Shown: positions 27,421 to 44,210 of the stretch, one piece after another
Position numbering within the stretch: the stretch's first letter is position 1
How the letters are laid out: every line of letters starts with the position of its first letter
Source of the DNA: the human T2T-CHM13v2.0 reference genome, Homo sapiens
Assembly: GCF_009914755.1 (NCBI RefSeq)
Contig: NC_060944.1
Length of the DNA: 64,000 nucleotides
Direction: 5' to 3' (one strand)
Position numbers and translations under genes: made by a program
The notes under the pieces: generated by a model
What the model was told of the DNA's origin: nothing
Databases searched by the model: none
Seen by the model: only the letters and a program-made list of their open reading frames with translations

Positions 27421-30400
27421 CAAAGGTATGGAGAATTACATGGGTTTGAAGAAAGAGTTGGGGGAGAGGGAAATGTATGATCTTTTTCGTCCCTGTCCTC
27501 CAACATTAAGTGGATTTCTCACCTTGGTCCCCCCTGTGAAAAATCTACTTCCAAGATTGGCTCTGTGTTTGCTAATCATCAGTATCTATGACATGTATAG
27601 AAATACCTTCTTCCACAGGAAATAGATAAATAGATCAGAGATAAATAGACTATATAGTGTTTGCTGGTAATTCTTGCCATTTTACCAGATATAATCGTTT
27701 AAAAAAACATGTCCCATATTTATGTAGTGCTTTATTATAATTTAGGTTCTCAAAAAGATTAGTTTTTAAACCAGGTCTAGAGCTCTGCTTAAGTTGTTTC
27801 AACAAAACCCAACTCATTATATGTTATAAATGAAAAAGCAGTTATTTAAATTGCAATGGCCTTGATGTCACAGGACTATAAATGAGAGGATGCCCAGGGG
27901 AGGGGAGAACATTCACTTTCAGCATGATAAAACATCCTGCATGAAGATATGTTATTTTTACAAACTCATTTTCTGCAAAGAAAACCATCAAAAAACAAGG
28001 AACTTTCTGTGTAAGTGTGCTAGGAATGTTTTTTTTTTTTAAATTTGTTACAAAAGTAACATATTATAATAAATGTAAACAATTTAGAAATTTTTAGCAT
28101 TTTAAAAATGTAATTATAGTCAGTTTATAATGGCATTATTTTAACCAGGGCAAACCAGCCTTGTTATGAACACATTTGTTTATTTTCAAGATAATTTGAT
28201 TAGAGCCAACTTATTGGTTTCATGTGACTAATACTGGGCTGTGGTGTGCATTGTTTAGTCAAAGAAAAAATTAAATTATCATTTTTACTTTCTGTGGCCT
28301 TTAGTAAATAAAGGCTGATTTACTAAATAAAGCCTGACTTACTAAGTTCTTTTTAGCATAGTATAGTTCTCCTCATAGTAGAATTCATAGGAAATCTTGG
28401 CCCTCTTTTATGATAAATTGATATGCTTGGGTACAAGCCTATTTATTACTGCAATATAGACCTGCTTTCTGAGGTTCTTCTTTCTCAGGAAAGTAAATAA
28501 ACATTACAGAGGATATTTGCTACTCTGTGTGACCCAGTAAAGAGTTCTCCTGGAGAAAACTTTGCAAATAACATGATCAACAATTGCATGCTTTGGGGCC
28601 ATAAACAAAATAAGCAAAAAAGTTGTTTTAGATCCTAGAAAAGCTTGATGGAGCATTCTACTGTCTGGTAAACAAGACCAGAGTAAATATGGCTCCAGGT
28701 AGCAAGTGAACAGCCAGACCAGGGTCAAGGCCAGCATTCGCTTGCAGGGGTTAGAATGCTGTACAGCAGTGAAAATAGTGTCCATGTCTATTGTGAAATA
28801 GAACAATGCCATAAATGCGTAGACATCATCTTTTCTATCTTGGGAGCCTCCTGCAAAGTGACATTATAGGCATGTCTGTTTTCAGATGGGGAAACTCCTT
28901 GAAATATAGTTTGTGGGATTCTCTTTCAGCTTCACAGTAATTGGTTGAAGCAGGTCTTAAAATTGGTTCTTTTCACATGGAGTGCACTTTACCATTAAAA
29001 GGAATCCATGTGTCTCATGAAAATGTGAGTTATCTTGTGTAAGTATGTGTGTTGGTGGGTATTTGAAATTAGCCTGGAGTTTAGGAGTTTTAGGGGTTTT
29101 TCCATCTACTTTTAAATTCTTGGACATAGATGCCTACAATTAGGTAGTTTATCAATAATCAAATAGGCTAAAATATAATGAACACATTTGGGATATATCT
29201 CCACCCATAAACCTTCATACTTCTTTGTAAAAGTTTTGCTGAAGAAGTATGTGTTTATCATATGAGGAGGTGGTTATGGGTATAGTGGAAGAGACAGATT
29301 TAGGTTTGGAAGGTAATAATTAGGGAAGGTTCTCTGGCTTCTGGTTTTACTTCAATGTTTACATCTATTTCTTCAGGCCTAAAGCCTTTTGTCCCATTGT
29401 CAAGAATAGTTCAGGACCAGTGTTTTATTCCATGAGGCCAAGAGAGAAAATGCCAGTTGTGTGGCCAATCACTTAAGCTTAAGAATGTGACATAGTACTC
29501 TGCAGAGAACTAAGAATGTATCTTGAGGTACTACATCTAGGTTCAAATATAACCACAACATACAGTGGGATTCACAGTTATTTTAAGACCACGCCAGTGA
29601 GGTCATTCTGAGTCATGACCTCATGGATAGAGGATTCTAATCAACTGCTGAAGTCTACAGAGAACTAATGAACGAAAGAGTCCTGAGATCTGGTAGGGGA
29701 ATTTTGAAGCGCCATCAGTATCTTTGTATAGACTTTCCATCCCCTAGGATCTGTATGGTCAAATAACCAGAAAGGCTTCCATGGTCACCTTCCTGGACAC
29801 CTGGCTGTGAGCCAAACAACTTCTTCAATCTCTTGCCAGGTCTCTAGTCTGTGAGTCAAAGAATACCATATTTATGAGTGATGTTTTGAGATAGTGGGTG
29901 CTCTGTGAATTTCAGGTAGTGTTTTTTTGTTTGTTTGTTTTTTCCTCACCAGGGAGCATCATAATTTTTCAGCATGTTTGTTAACAATGTACATTTTATT
30001 TTAAAAAAAATCATGACAATAAATTCATACATTGCCAAATAACAGGTGTCTGCTATCTGATTCTGTCAGATAAACTTTATACCTTTTCTGGAATATATGA
30101 GTTAGAAAACTTCAGGTATCAGACTCAGCTGCCTCAAGTACTGACATACCAGGCATTTCTCTGTTTAATCATCACTCAACTCATGGATGAAAGTATTAGG
30201 AAACAGAAGGGATTATGAAGATAACTAAAGTTATTACTGGCACTTGAACTGAATTTGTCTTAAAATATCAGTTTACTTTGATATGTGCTACAAAGACCTT
30301 AACCATGTTTCTGTCTGATTCTTTTGTGAAATGAAGGTATCAATACAGAATGAACTGTTTTGATAAGCTCCCTCACAATTTTAAAGTATAGAGTTAATCT

Positions 30401-33400
30401 CTAAGAACTAATAAGCAATGATTCCATTTTCTTGATTTTATTTTTATGAGCCACAGTTTTATATCCCACTGCTTATCTGATTTGAAAATGGTTGTAATAT
30501 TTTGAGAAAGTTAATATCGAGTCATGCCAAAACCTTAATAAACTTAGTCTTGAACTAATATTTCAGGCTCATGAGGGATTTCTGTATGCTAAGATAGATT
30601 TTAATATTACAGAAATGCAATAGTGACCTTTCCATAAAACCTTAATAAAATTACTTTGTTCTATAAACTGCAGAAGAGATGGGAACTTTCTTGAAAGAGA
30701 ATATGCATGATTTATCTGCATTTCATGGCTTAATCTTATATCTCATTTCTTCAGATCTCTTATGTTTTTCTTTTCCTTAAGGCAAACAACAGTAATTTCC
30801 ATATTTTTAAACTAGAGAACAGACAGAATTTTTCAAAGGCATGTTTTCCTTTTGCACCAGTGAGATTGGGTTTTGGACTGGCAGTTCAAGGATGTGGTTC
30901 TATTGCAGCTCCACCAGCAGGATTGTGGCACCTTGCCAAGCTCACCTGAGGTTTCTTGGCCTATGTTCCCACTCTATTACAGGAAGAGCTCAGATTAAGT
31001 CTGAAATCCCTAGGATTATCTTTTATCGACTGTTGCTTAAATGTTATAACTTTCATATTCTTCAACATTCTTGTATTTTGTTGATATGGTTCTTAAAATT
31101 GTGGCACAGAAATGTACAAAATACTGTAAGCAATGTTAGGATCTGAAAGTTCACTAATTTTATTATAGCCCTTTATCAGTGACCTCCCTAAGACTGCGTT
31201 AAGGTTTCAACAAGTACCTCTTCACCATTAGCTTATTAAGGTTGGAGTTCACCAAAAGTTCAGATGTTTTTCACATAAAAAGGCCTTTTTCCTTTGTCCT
31301 GTAGTTGCTTTTTTTTTTTTTTAACTTCTACGATCTTTGCATTGCTCACTTTTACATCAATCTTGATAATTTGTCTTATTCTTCAAAGCAGTCCTTTTGT
31401 AGCAGTGAGCCCATCTCAGGACATATTTGGACATCTGGAATACTGGAGGGAGCACTGGTGGAGATGTCTTAGGAGGCTGCTGAAAACGAGGGAGTGGAGT
31501 TTTGGAAGGGTGAGGAGAAGAGTGATACCATAGGATTGCCCTGGGAGGGAGAATACTGAGAGCCAAAAAGGATAAAGGACAGAGGAGGTGGAGGGATGGC
31601 CACATGTGGAAAGAGGATCAGGCTGAAGGTAGGAGTTACATTCTGGAAAGGTTAAGAAAGATCAGGATCAACATAAGAACATTGAGCTTAAAGACCAAAA
31701 GTTTCAGCTACTCAAAAAGGCATATTTTGAACAGAACATATATGCTAGATTCCATATTTTAAGACATTTACAGTGAGTTGACAGTTAGGAAATGAGGGTA
31801 TCCAGCAAAGTCTTTTTTCCTTTTTTCACAAAAATTGGCCATGGGAAGGTATAACATAGATGGCCAAAATATACCTTAATTATAAGTCTTCTTCTCTGTA
31901 CAACTTCAGGGCACAATAATTAATTTAGTGACAGTAGATATTTTATCCCCAAAACTCAATTTAACTTATTATCCATGCAATTGTCATACTTGAATCTTAT
32001 CTCTTTTCCTGTCTTACCTTGGGGGTTGGTTTCAAATATGGCAGAATAGAAATAAAAATATATATACAATGGCTTAATCACACTTGTGATTTCACCAGTA
32101 TTAAATATAGGCAGCAACATTGATTTTATTAAAATACTCCCTATAAATATTCCCCAAATAGCATTGTAGACCAATTAATGTCATGGCCTAAGTGGCTAGA
32201 TTGTGATGTTTTTATAAAACTAAGTTTTCTCTATCATATTTGGAACACTCTACAAACAAAGCCAGGATTTAAAGACACAGTGATCTATTTAAAGTGAATA
32301 ATGATTTTATAAGGGAATAAAAAAATAAAAGAAACTTGAAATTATTCGGGTTTTTTTTGGATAATATAAAATATTTACTGATGTTGATGCTGAGGTTACC
32401 AGGATCTCTGTCCTCAGGTCATTTCAAAGTGGAAAATTGGAAACTGATAGTAATGTGGACATCTCCTTTATTGAAGCAATCCTTATTTTTTATTAAACTA
32501 CCTCTTATTAAAGCAGCTTAAATACAGTCCCAGGAAAGGATGAGTTTCCCTCATTTTGGTTGGAGGCCATATCTTTAGAGTGTTTTTTTACTTGAAATTA
32601 AGGAACTTTCGTCATGAGAACCAAGGTCAGACAATGAGGGTGTTCGGTCAAAAGGTTTGTTAAGTTCTATTAATAGTTCTACCATATTTGAGGGATTCTA
32701 AGCTTTCTGAGCTTTACTTTCCACATTTTTCCAGTTGTGTTAAGATTTCTAACTTCAAGAGAGTATATAACTTCAAAAGAGTATGTAAAAATACTTGGTA
32801 AATGGTGAAACAGTAAGTGGATGCTGGGTGCCTTTATTGTGAGAGCTTTGAGAAGTGTGTCAGGTCAGGGGTAAATAGCCCCTGCTTTTAGAGCAGAGTG
32901 GTGACTTTCATTTCTCATTACTGCAGAAGGTCCAGCATCTCTTGCCTAATGAGAATGTCATCCTCCTGGTCTCCAGGTCAGGCCGTTGAGTTCTCTCTGA
33001 TGTGTCTTTGAAACTTGCTGGCAGTCTTGTAGCATTTTAGAATATGCTGGATCAAACTTTATCCTTTCAGAAAAAAAAAACCAAAAAAAAAAAACTAATT
33101 GATTGCAGACACAAGGACCAAAGCAATTTTTGTAACTGTTCATTAGTACCGACACTTGGGAAAACCAAGGATTTGTCTAACAAGGGGCAGGGAACTTAGT
33201 TAAAGAAGCTCCATTTTCTCTCTCTTTTTCCCCAGCCTGCGGATATGGTTTGAATTAGAAGTTAAAGAAATTTGCTAAAATGAAACACCATGTGAACTCT
33301 TTGGAATCGCTTCACATCCAACTCTCTGACCTTTGATATCCTTTCTATTGCCTCTGGGCCTTGTTAGAGTGAGGGATGTTTTTCAGTTTCTATATAAGCA

Positions 33401-33799
33401 ATGGAAGCAAACATGTTTTAAAATAATGCAATAAAAGCACCCATCTTATGAAAGGGACAATTATTTGAAGACTGTTGACCTTACAAGAATTGGACAAGGA
33501 TTTGGCATCTTGAAAGTGTGCTTTGATACTGAAGAGTTGTTCTAGAAATGCCACTATGTCATTACTCTGTCAGTTACTCTTCAAGACACAATAGTAATGC
33601 ATTGTTTTAAATCTTGCTTGGCCCATCTGAATGTGGCTTTCATTTTTTCATTTTTGGAAATGTATTTCAGGAAGGATATATATGGTTATTAAATAACATT
33701 TATATTTCATAGGAGCTCAAATAATGTTTAATCAAATGTTTATTAATGTAAACTAAGAAGGCATCACAGAGATAAAACTAATATAAGCTAAGAAAACAT

Positions 33800-33965
33800 C
33801 AGATAAATTACAGTTTCAGGATCTGTATTTTACAGACAAGGATACTAAGACTCAGAGGGTTAAGGGGCTTCCTCAAGGTCACACACCTAGTTGGGACAGA
33901 GCTGGGGCTGGAATGTAGGTCTTCCATCTCCGATTGCCCTTCTCTTTCCATTCCAGCATGCTATA
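33800..33965 (-). mobile_element. MIR
   Basis: attttacagacaaggatactaagactcagagggttaaggggcttcctcaaggtcacacacctag. Confidence 0.8.
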
Positions 33966-35685
33966 TAGCTCATATTAATTTAATATTAATTGTGGAAATA
34001 GTGTAATATATAATCAAAGGCAGACTCATTTTTAAAAATGGTTAATTTACTTATAAAACTATAAACTTTGTATTTTTCTGATTCACTTTTCCAATGTCAC
34101 ATTAGATTTATTTCAAGTTGTGTGAATGTTATTGCTGGTATTTCTGATGTGAATGAAATAGACTCAATTCCACTCTCCCTGCTGGTCTATCAGAAAAAGC
34201 CAAAGACAGCATCTAATATTTACACCTAGTTTTAATGTGCAGCCTCACTTACATAAACCAATTTGCACAGTAAATTTCCCATTATTTTAAGTAATAGTTA
34301 ATTAGTAATGCCAAACCTGAGGAGGAGGGGCCTGAAAAGGTGACACTTTTAATATAAGTTAACTGAGATTAAGGATTTTATTTCCTTTTCCTTTCAGACT
34401 GGATGTATTTTTGTGCATAAAAAAGACAAAGAGGAAGAAAGGTTTAGAGATTTTGAAAATAATGTGCATGTATAAAAAAATTAAATCAACCTCCCCAAAC
34501 CTCGAATTCCATGTGATTTTTTTCTCACTATCTCTATTTTATTAGTTCCATCTCTGTACTTACTTTAAGCTTTTGGACTTCAGGTGGAACAATTTTGGGC
34601 GCATAAGGAGATAAATGACCTTGTGTGAGATTTGAGATTTATGTAGGTGACATTTTTTTGACTAAAGGTTACTTTCAGATCATGGGGCAGTACCCCTGTG
34701 TGGATGAACATATGAAGACTGTTGATTTCGGATATCCTTAAGCTTGAAAACTTGAGGAAGAATGTTTTATTTTCTCCTTCTATGGTCTGAGCTCAGTTCT
34801 AATATGCATGGTCTTAGGCTTTATCCTCTTCTTATGACTCCTGTATAATAATAGCAAAGATCTATTTATAAAAGTAGCTTGGAGAATTTTTAAATACAAG
34901 GAATTTTGATTAAATTGAAGAGCTCGTTGTGTGTGTATGTTTATTTTAATGAGAAAATAGTTTTAAAATAAAGAATGCCTCCAGTCCTTGAATTTATGCC
35001 TGCTCCTTTCCAAAGCACTTTGCCCATTTTTGTGAAGTCTCATTTTACAATCCTCAGGCTTACTCCATACTCACGCCGGAGGCAACCTTCAGAGAGCTTA
35101 TTCAAGTGAAGATAAAATAAAAATCTTTCCTTTGAAATAGTCCAATAATAAGGCAAAATCAGGCTTCTAAAAAGAGATTTCCCTCTTGACATATATGATT
35201 CATGTTGGCGATGTTTTGCCTGATAATTGTGGCAGGCAGTCCAAGGGCAAATGAAGGGCAAAGTACAGAGGGCTGGGCATAAGAGACAGGAGGACCTTAT
35301 GGGCTGCCCAGAGGTCTCCTCTAAAGAGACAGTCTCTAGGGATAAGAACATCACGCACCTCATGAGGACATGTCCAGGATCAAGCCCCACCAGTGAGGAC
35401 CTAGGTGCCAATCTGAACAGCCCTTACTAAGGGACAGTGATCAGAGAGGGTCTAAGGAGAACAGAGGTTCAGGCCATAGAGGTGGTGTGGTTGGAATGTT
35501 TATTCTAGAAATTATTCATAGGCACAATCGAGGCTGTCAAACTTGGTAAAGAATGGAAACTCATTCTACAGGCCTGGTTTTAGCCTGCAGCAGGCAGGCA
35601 GCAGGGTATGAGTGGAGAACAAAACACTGTGAACAGCATTTCAGGATACTGGAGAGAGGAGCAGGTATACACAGAAATGGTACTA

Positions 35686-36431
<746 letters not shown>

Positions 36432-36523
36432 TTAAGTGTGTGTTTGTGTAAGAGAAGAGTCCATTGTCCTTTCTGCCTTGATTTGTTTTGGGGGTTGGTT
36501 GGGAGCTCCTCCACAGAGTAAAA

Positions 36524-36745
36524 TATTCATTCATTCATTCATTCATTCATTCATTCATTCATTCATTGTTTACTGCTATATGCTGGACACTATAGTAGCA
36601 AGCAAGGCCCCAGCCTTCACAGAGGTCATCATGTAGTGATGATACAGATAAACAAATAGCTGTTTACCAGGTAGGGTGGTGAGTTCTTCAAAGGGGGAAG
36701 CACAAGGTGCTTAAATGAAAATACAGAGTGGTGCCTGGCCCAGTT
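36524..36745 (-). mobile_element. L2 3' end with an expanded (ATTC)n tail
   Basis: About ten ATTC units, then tactgctatatgctggacactat...ggccccagccttcacagagg. Confidence 0.75.
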
Positions 36746-37594
36746 TCTTTAAATAATAACCAGTAAGTTTAGGGGAGTAAATAACCAGTAAGTAAATAAC
36801 CAGTAAGTTAGTGAATGAGAAGAAAAGAGAAATGTGCAAAATGCTCAGTACCGGGGGGCAAGGAATCAATTCTGATAAATACAGAGAGGAGAATGTAAAA
36901 GGAAAGGTGGTGAGGGAAGATGCTGCTTTCCAGTGCAGCTGAGGGCACGTTTCTTCTAGAATCCTTGTGTTTTAACATAATCTTTCTCCTCAGCTCATTT
37001 GTCAATTGCAGTTCCTTAAATTTAAAGGAATTTGCTGGTTGACTCTTACCCAATATTTTTTCCTGAGTTCTTAGGAGAAATATTAGCATTCATAGCTTGT
37101 AGTTAACAGGGAGCATAAAGGTTTGGGCCAAAAGAGGTAACTGCTTGAAGTTATTTAAGTGACTGTGAAGTCTGCACTGCAGATTAAAGGGATGTTGTGT
37201 TGGCTGAGGGTTTGGTTATGACTCAGTCACCCTTTATTTACTTTCTTCAAGTTGCCTGTCATTCTTAACTGGTTTCTTCTTACTTAACTCTTAAGGATGA
37301 AGCTTGAAAAAAAATGGTTGAGAAAATTACCATTTACTTCAGGCTCTCAGTATCTACTCTTGGTCTTGGATGGAAAGCAAGTACTGGCCTTCAGAGTCTC
37401 CATAGGCTTGGTTGTCCATGGACTTCCTGAGAAAAGCGTGCATTCTAGACAAATGGACTGTCTTTCTTACCCAAGCTTTAGTTCCGAATACCTAGCCAGC
37501 TTCTTTTCCTGGTAAATTGGGCTGGGCTGGATAAGGATTTAAAGACCATTTTCCTCTTCCCCCTTTTTTCCTTTTTGCTGGAGACTTGATCTAA

Positions 37595-37775
37595 GGCTGT
37601 TTTCTCAAACCTTAGCTTACATTGCAATCACCTGGCTAGCTGGATACACCGTGGATTCCTGGACCCCACCAGCAGACTTTCTGATTTAGGTCTGGATGGG
37701 GGTTGAGATTTTGCATTTCTAAGAAGTCCCAGGTGATGTCTGCTGTCGGGGTACCATACTTTAAGAACCAATAAT
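37595..37775. mobile_element. MER5A
   Basis: tttctcaaaccttagc...aatcacctgg...tttgcatttctaagaagtcccaggtgatg...ccatactttaagaacca. Confidence 0.8.
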
Positions 37776-38450
37776 CTAAGGCAAATCCAGGGACCTAAAG
37801 ATTCTCTAGTCTTTCCCCTATGCTCCCAGCTTGAGTTCCCATCTTGGCTAAAAAGAAATAACTCAAAGAGTATTCCTGCAAAGAAGAAACTTAAGCTGAG
37901 GAAGAGGTCAACCTAAGCCTCCATTCTCATAGTCCCCACTCTGGAACCCCAGGACTTTTTAAAGACTAGGGTCCTCTGTGACCAGGAAGCCCTGGGTTAA
38001 GAACCCCTTGAAAGATCCAGGAGAGACCAGTATGGAATCTGTGACCTCTACCTAAAACTATACTTAATTTGTGCATGTTTCCCTTTTGTTTTCTATGTTC
38101 CAAGACCTTCTCAGAACTACTACTGTTAGATCAAAAAGGGCTGAACTCTCCCTGAAAATTGTTGCATATGGCTAGCACCTCCTACTAAGGGAGAAGTTGT
38201 TGCTTTCCTGCGCGGTAAAGTATAGACATCCACCATGTATTCTGTTAGTTCTGTACTTGAAAACAGTGACAAGTTCTACTTTTGAGAGAGGGAAAAAACT
38301 GCTACTATACAGTCTTTCATTTACAAATATCCCAGGGTGCTCTAATCCTCTTATTTCTCAGAACTTTTATATTCTTTAGGGCTGATGATAACTCTGTTTA
38401 TGTTAAATTCTCAGTAGTAATAAAATACCCTCTGCTCTTTGCTGCCCTTA

Positions 38451-39932
<1,482 letters not shown>

Positions 39933-40191
39933 AAGAAACAAGATGACTTTTACTCTGGAGCATATTTATAATATGTCAAAAACAAATTCTACTAAAATAG
40001 ATTTATTATTCATGAAAGAGAAAAACCCAGTTAGATTATATATTCCTTTCCTCAGGCTTCTATAGCCCGCACCCCCCCCCCACACCATATATATATTTTT
40101 TTGCTAAAGGTTGATATATCTTGCATGCTATCAAAAAAATTTCTTTCTAGCGGTCACTTCTGTAATTCACTACTATAAAAATGATTAATAT

Positions 40192-40442
40192 GTGTGTACA
40201 CGTGTTCTCACTCATAAGTGGGAGCCAAGCTATGAAGATGCAAAGGGATAGGAATAATATGGTGGACTCTGGGGACTCAGGGGAAAGGGTCAGAGTGGGG
40301 TGAGGGATAAAAGATTACACATTGGGTACAATGTATACTGCTTGGGTGATGGGTGCACAAAATCTCAGTAATCACCACTAAATAACTTATTCAGGTAACC
40401 AAACACCACCTGTTCTCCAGAAACCTATTGAAATTTAAAAAA
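40192..40442 (+). mobile_element. L1PB-type 3' end
   Basis: tgttctcactcataagtgggag...gggtgatgggtgcacaaaatctcag...aaacctattgaaat. TSD core gattaatat at 40183 and 40443. Confidence 0.85.
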
Positions 40443-40886
40443 GATTAATATACAAACTATCTTCTGTTTCTGAAAGATCAAAATACTGTTAAGCCAGGGG
40501 TGGATTTACTAAGCACTTAAGAACATGACCCCTCAGAGGACATCACGTGTAGATAGGCCCCACTTCTGCCACTGAGCCCTCCTGTACCATTATTGCTCCC
40601 TAGCTTGAACCATTCTAAAGTTGAATGACAAGGGATTATCAGGCTGGAAAACCTCAGTCATGGACAACTATGTACTTTTAATACGATTTCAGCTCCTTGA
40701 TGTGTTCTAGAGGATTTTGGAGGGCTGGCATAGGAACTCAGATGTCATTTCCAAGGGAATTGCTACAGGCAAACAACCAACATCCAAACAATCTTTTGAA
40801 ACAGCTCAGTTATTCTCTTAGGAAGTTGTTATACTTCGTTGTATTCTAATTTCTTTGAAACTGATTATTGCAGATTGAATTAAATT

Positions 40887-41363
40887 GCCAGGGCTCAGAA
40901 CACAATACCTGAAAACATGGCACCTTGACATACTGAGTATTTTGAGATAAAGGAAATTGAGAAAACTGCAGAAGCTGGAAGGTCAATCTCTGACCTTCTT
41001 TCCTGAGACACCTTCATGTGACAGGTGTCCCACTTTATGCCTGGAGGGAAGGAATGATAACACAAAGATACCAAGAAGAATGTGAAGAGACCTTTCTCAG
41101 TTCCCCCCAGTTCAAGACCATTATATCGTACCCACTTTTGTCTAATCATGCTTCTATATGACTATCCATTCTTTATCAAAACTAAACATAGAAATATACG
41201 ATTATCTCAATTTCTGTCTTTGTTTCTGAAGGCTCCTGTGTCACATAAAACTTACATTAAATAAATTTGTATGTCTCTCTTGTTAACCTGTCTTTTGTTA
41301 TAGAGGGTCTCAGACATGAACTTTGTGATGGATGAGGAAAGATATTACTTTTTCTTCCCTAGA
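40887..41363 (+). mobile_element. ERV1 solo LTR, MER34/MER39 family
   Basis: gggctcagaacacaatacc...atggcaccttgacatactgagtatttt...taaataaatttgtatg...cttccct. Confidence 0.75.
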
Positions 41364-41398
41364 ATATATTGACAGTTATTCATTATATTTAAATTAAG

Positions 41399-41619
41399 CT
41401 GGATCTCTAAATACTCCAGGCAACTAAGCATATTTTAGACATGTTTTGTAAAATCCTGATAGATTGAAACCTATAACACGATCACAAATGTCATCTAATA
41501 CATTTATAAACCTGGATCTTCACCCCAGGTAACTAAACATATTTTAGACATGTTTTTTAAAATCTTGATGTAATGGAACCAATAGCATGATCACAAATAT
41601 CACCTAATAAATTTATAAA
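41399..41619 (+). repeat. Two-copy tandem duplication with a unit of about 110 bp
   Basis: 41399-41510 versus 41512-41619, roughly 80% identical by eye. Confidence 0.9.
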
Positions 41620-43754
41620 GGCAGTACACTTTAATATTTTTATTCATCTATTTGTAATTATTAAATTTTAAGGAAGTTACACTTGCCCCTCAATTATGAT
41701 TAATATTGAGGTACGAGAGGCAGGGACAAATAGCGAATGCTTGCTTTCTGTTTTTATTTTATTCCTGTGCAATTTGTGTTCTTTTAATACACTCCAGGAA
41801 ATTGTTTTTAATCATGTGATGCTTTATAATAGATAAATCATAGCAAAGGCCATAGATTTCTTGTAGCCCAGAATTCATTAAAGTCTAATTCCAGTACCAT
41901 CACAATCAGTTTTTTCCCAAATATAAGTATTGCAGAGGTTTCAGTTAACGTTCATTTTAGTCAGTATATTAAGTAACTCCTTACTAAGTAATGAATAAGG
42001 ATCAGTCATAACTGGGATGTGTGAAGGCTCCCATTGTACAGGGAAGGTTTTAAATTCTGAAAGGGGAGAACAACGTTTTACAGCTTTATGTATTTATCTC
42101 TTCCTGTTATTTGTTCTTGCCAGGATTTCTGCTAGAAAACATAGACATTATTTTAAGACTAATTTATATGAAAAGAAACAAGTTTTAAAATTGTATCCTC
42201 CATTTGCTTTAGAAAATATTTTTTCTGGAATATAAAAATTACAGTCACTATGAATATTTTAAAATACAGGAAAGTATTAAAGAAAAGAAAATTCTAAAAT
42301 TACATCAGCTAGCTGTAACTACTATTTGTTTTGGTATATGTCTTGCTAGTTTTTCCCGTTGTAAAACAGTGTACATATGTAAGCAATATGTGTATAATAT
42401 ATAACATAAAAATTTGGATCAGACTCGTGTAATTTTATAGCCTGTGGTTATTTTTTTTCTTAACTGTATGTTAAGAGCATTTGTCTTTGCTTCACAAGAG
42501 TTGTGAATATTTTTAGAAACTCTTCTAAATTTGCTATTGTTAAGCAAATAACTATTCCTTTAAAGTACTATTTTTAATGGGTACAGTATTTAAGTACTAG
42601 AGTGTGTTTAATCAATTGCTTAGTGATGATTATATAAGGCCAATATTTTTCTACCATAAACAGCACAACAGTATTCTTGTGCATAGATTTTGTACACATT
42701 TACATAGGATAAATCCTACTTGTACAATTACTAGATAAAAGAGTATGGATATTTCAAGGCTATAGAAATGTATTACAAAATTCTTTTTTACCAGATATGC
42801 CCTCACCCCATCCATCAACAGCATTGCATATTATCATATTTTTCTTCCTGTACTCTTTGTATGTTTTTTGAAAAGGTTATTTAATGGCTTAATAAAAATG
42901 GAGGTATTTTTGCAAATGGGGAAGTTATCCCTAATGATACAATATATTAATGTCAAATTAGATTCTTACTGGAGGTAAAGCCATTTATTTAAAAGCCCTG
43001 GATGATCTGATGACAGCTTGTTGATATGTTTTTAGAAATATAAGGATATCTTATTTAAAGATTGAAGAGCAAGGCACTGAAATATGTGTGATAGATTCAA
43101 CTGATTTACTTGTGGTCAGTGGAAATTTTATCCCAACTCTCTATGTTCTGGAAAACAACTTTGGTTGTGCCATCATGAGGTCACTTAAGGTCATGGGTTA
43201 TTTGGTTTAATGGGATTTGTATGGTTGGATGGGGAAGGGATTAATTTGTTATGGAAATTTTTTTGTCATAAGGTTGAAGTTAAAAGTTGCACTTAATAAA
43301 ATTTATAACTGAGTCATGGTGCATTTATTCACTTGAAAGCTATATGTTATCAAGTAGAAGCAAATGCTTTTTCAGATGAATTCATTTTTTCACAAATAGG
43401 AATAAAAAATGAAGAACACCTTGTTTGGCTTCGGGGGAGCTGCAGGATTTGAAGTTTGTATTTATTGCTGAGATGCAAAATTGTTACAAGACATTTGGAA
43501 CCTGGGGAAGAGTATGCAGAAATAATGTCATTAGTCCTCAAAGGGGCTTTGGAACAGAAGGACAGGAATGATCTGAATTCATTTCTAGGTGAAGTTTATT
43601 CTGTACTTTTCTCTCTGTCTTCCTCTGATGATTCAGTTGAACACACATGTTGAATGACCATTCCCTTCAAATCAGAGCAGTCTGTACTGCATTCCAAACT
43701 TATTTGGCAACTTTTTAGTTCTTTTAAGAAAGGTGTTCAGCTTCAGGGGGCCCA

Positions 43755-44210
43755 ATATATGCATTTTCTGGGCTACTATAAAAAATTAGCACAAACTAGT
43801 GGCTGAAAGTAACCAAAATTTATTCTGTCACAGTTCTCGAGGCCAGACGTCTGACATCAAGGTATTTTCAGGGCCACATTTCCTCCAGGCTGTGGGGAAG
43901 AACCCATTCCTGGCCTATTTCACCTTCTGGTGGCTGCCAACTCTTCTTGAACTGTGGCTACATCACTCTAATCTCTGCCTCCGTAGTCGCATTTCCTCCT
44001 CCTCTTCTGCTTGTGTCAAAACTTCCCCTGCTCCCCTTTTGTAAGGACATTTAGGGCCCACCTGGATGATCCAGAATAATCTCCCCATCTCAAGATCTTT
44101 CGCTTAATCTCATCTGCTAAGTCCCTTTTTGCCCTGTAAGGTAACATTCGCGAGTTGCAGCAGTTAGGAGGTGGGTATCTTTTGGGGGCCATTTATTCAG
44201 CCTGCCATAC
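43755..44210 (-). mobile_element. MLT1B/C MaLR LTR
   Basis: aaatttattctgtcacagttctcgaggccaga...tttagggcccacctggatgatccagaataatctccccatctcaagatc. Confidence 0.85.

Noticed and set aside
33213-34400. Strong orphan polypyrimidine+AG sites (about 33236 and 34398; another near 30781)
   Set aside because: No convincing paired donor or PLC-like reading frame, and such decoys are common in long introns. Non-coding cassette exons cannot be excluded without RNA data.
34100-34400. AT-rich, homeobox-motif-rich stretch that looks like a conserved enhancer
   Set aside because: An impression only. It cannot be supported without conservation or chromatin data.
36755-36808. Spaced short direct repeats resembling a CRISPR-like array
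   Set aside because: Only three copies with irregular or no spacers, in eukaryotic intron, with no cas genes.
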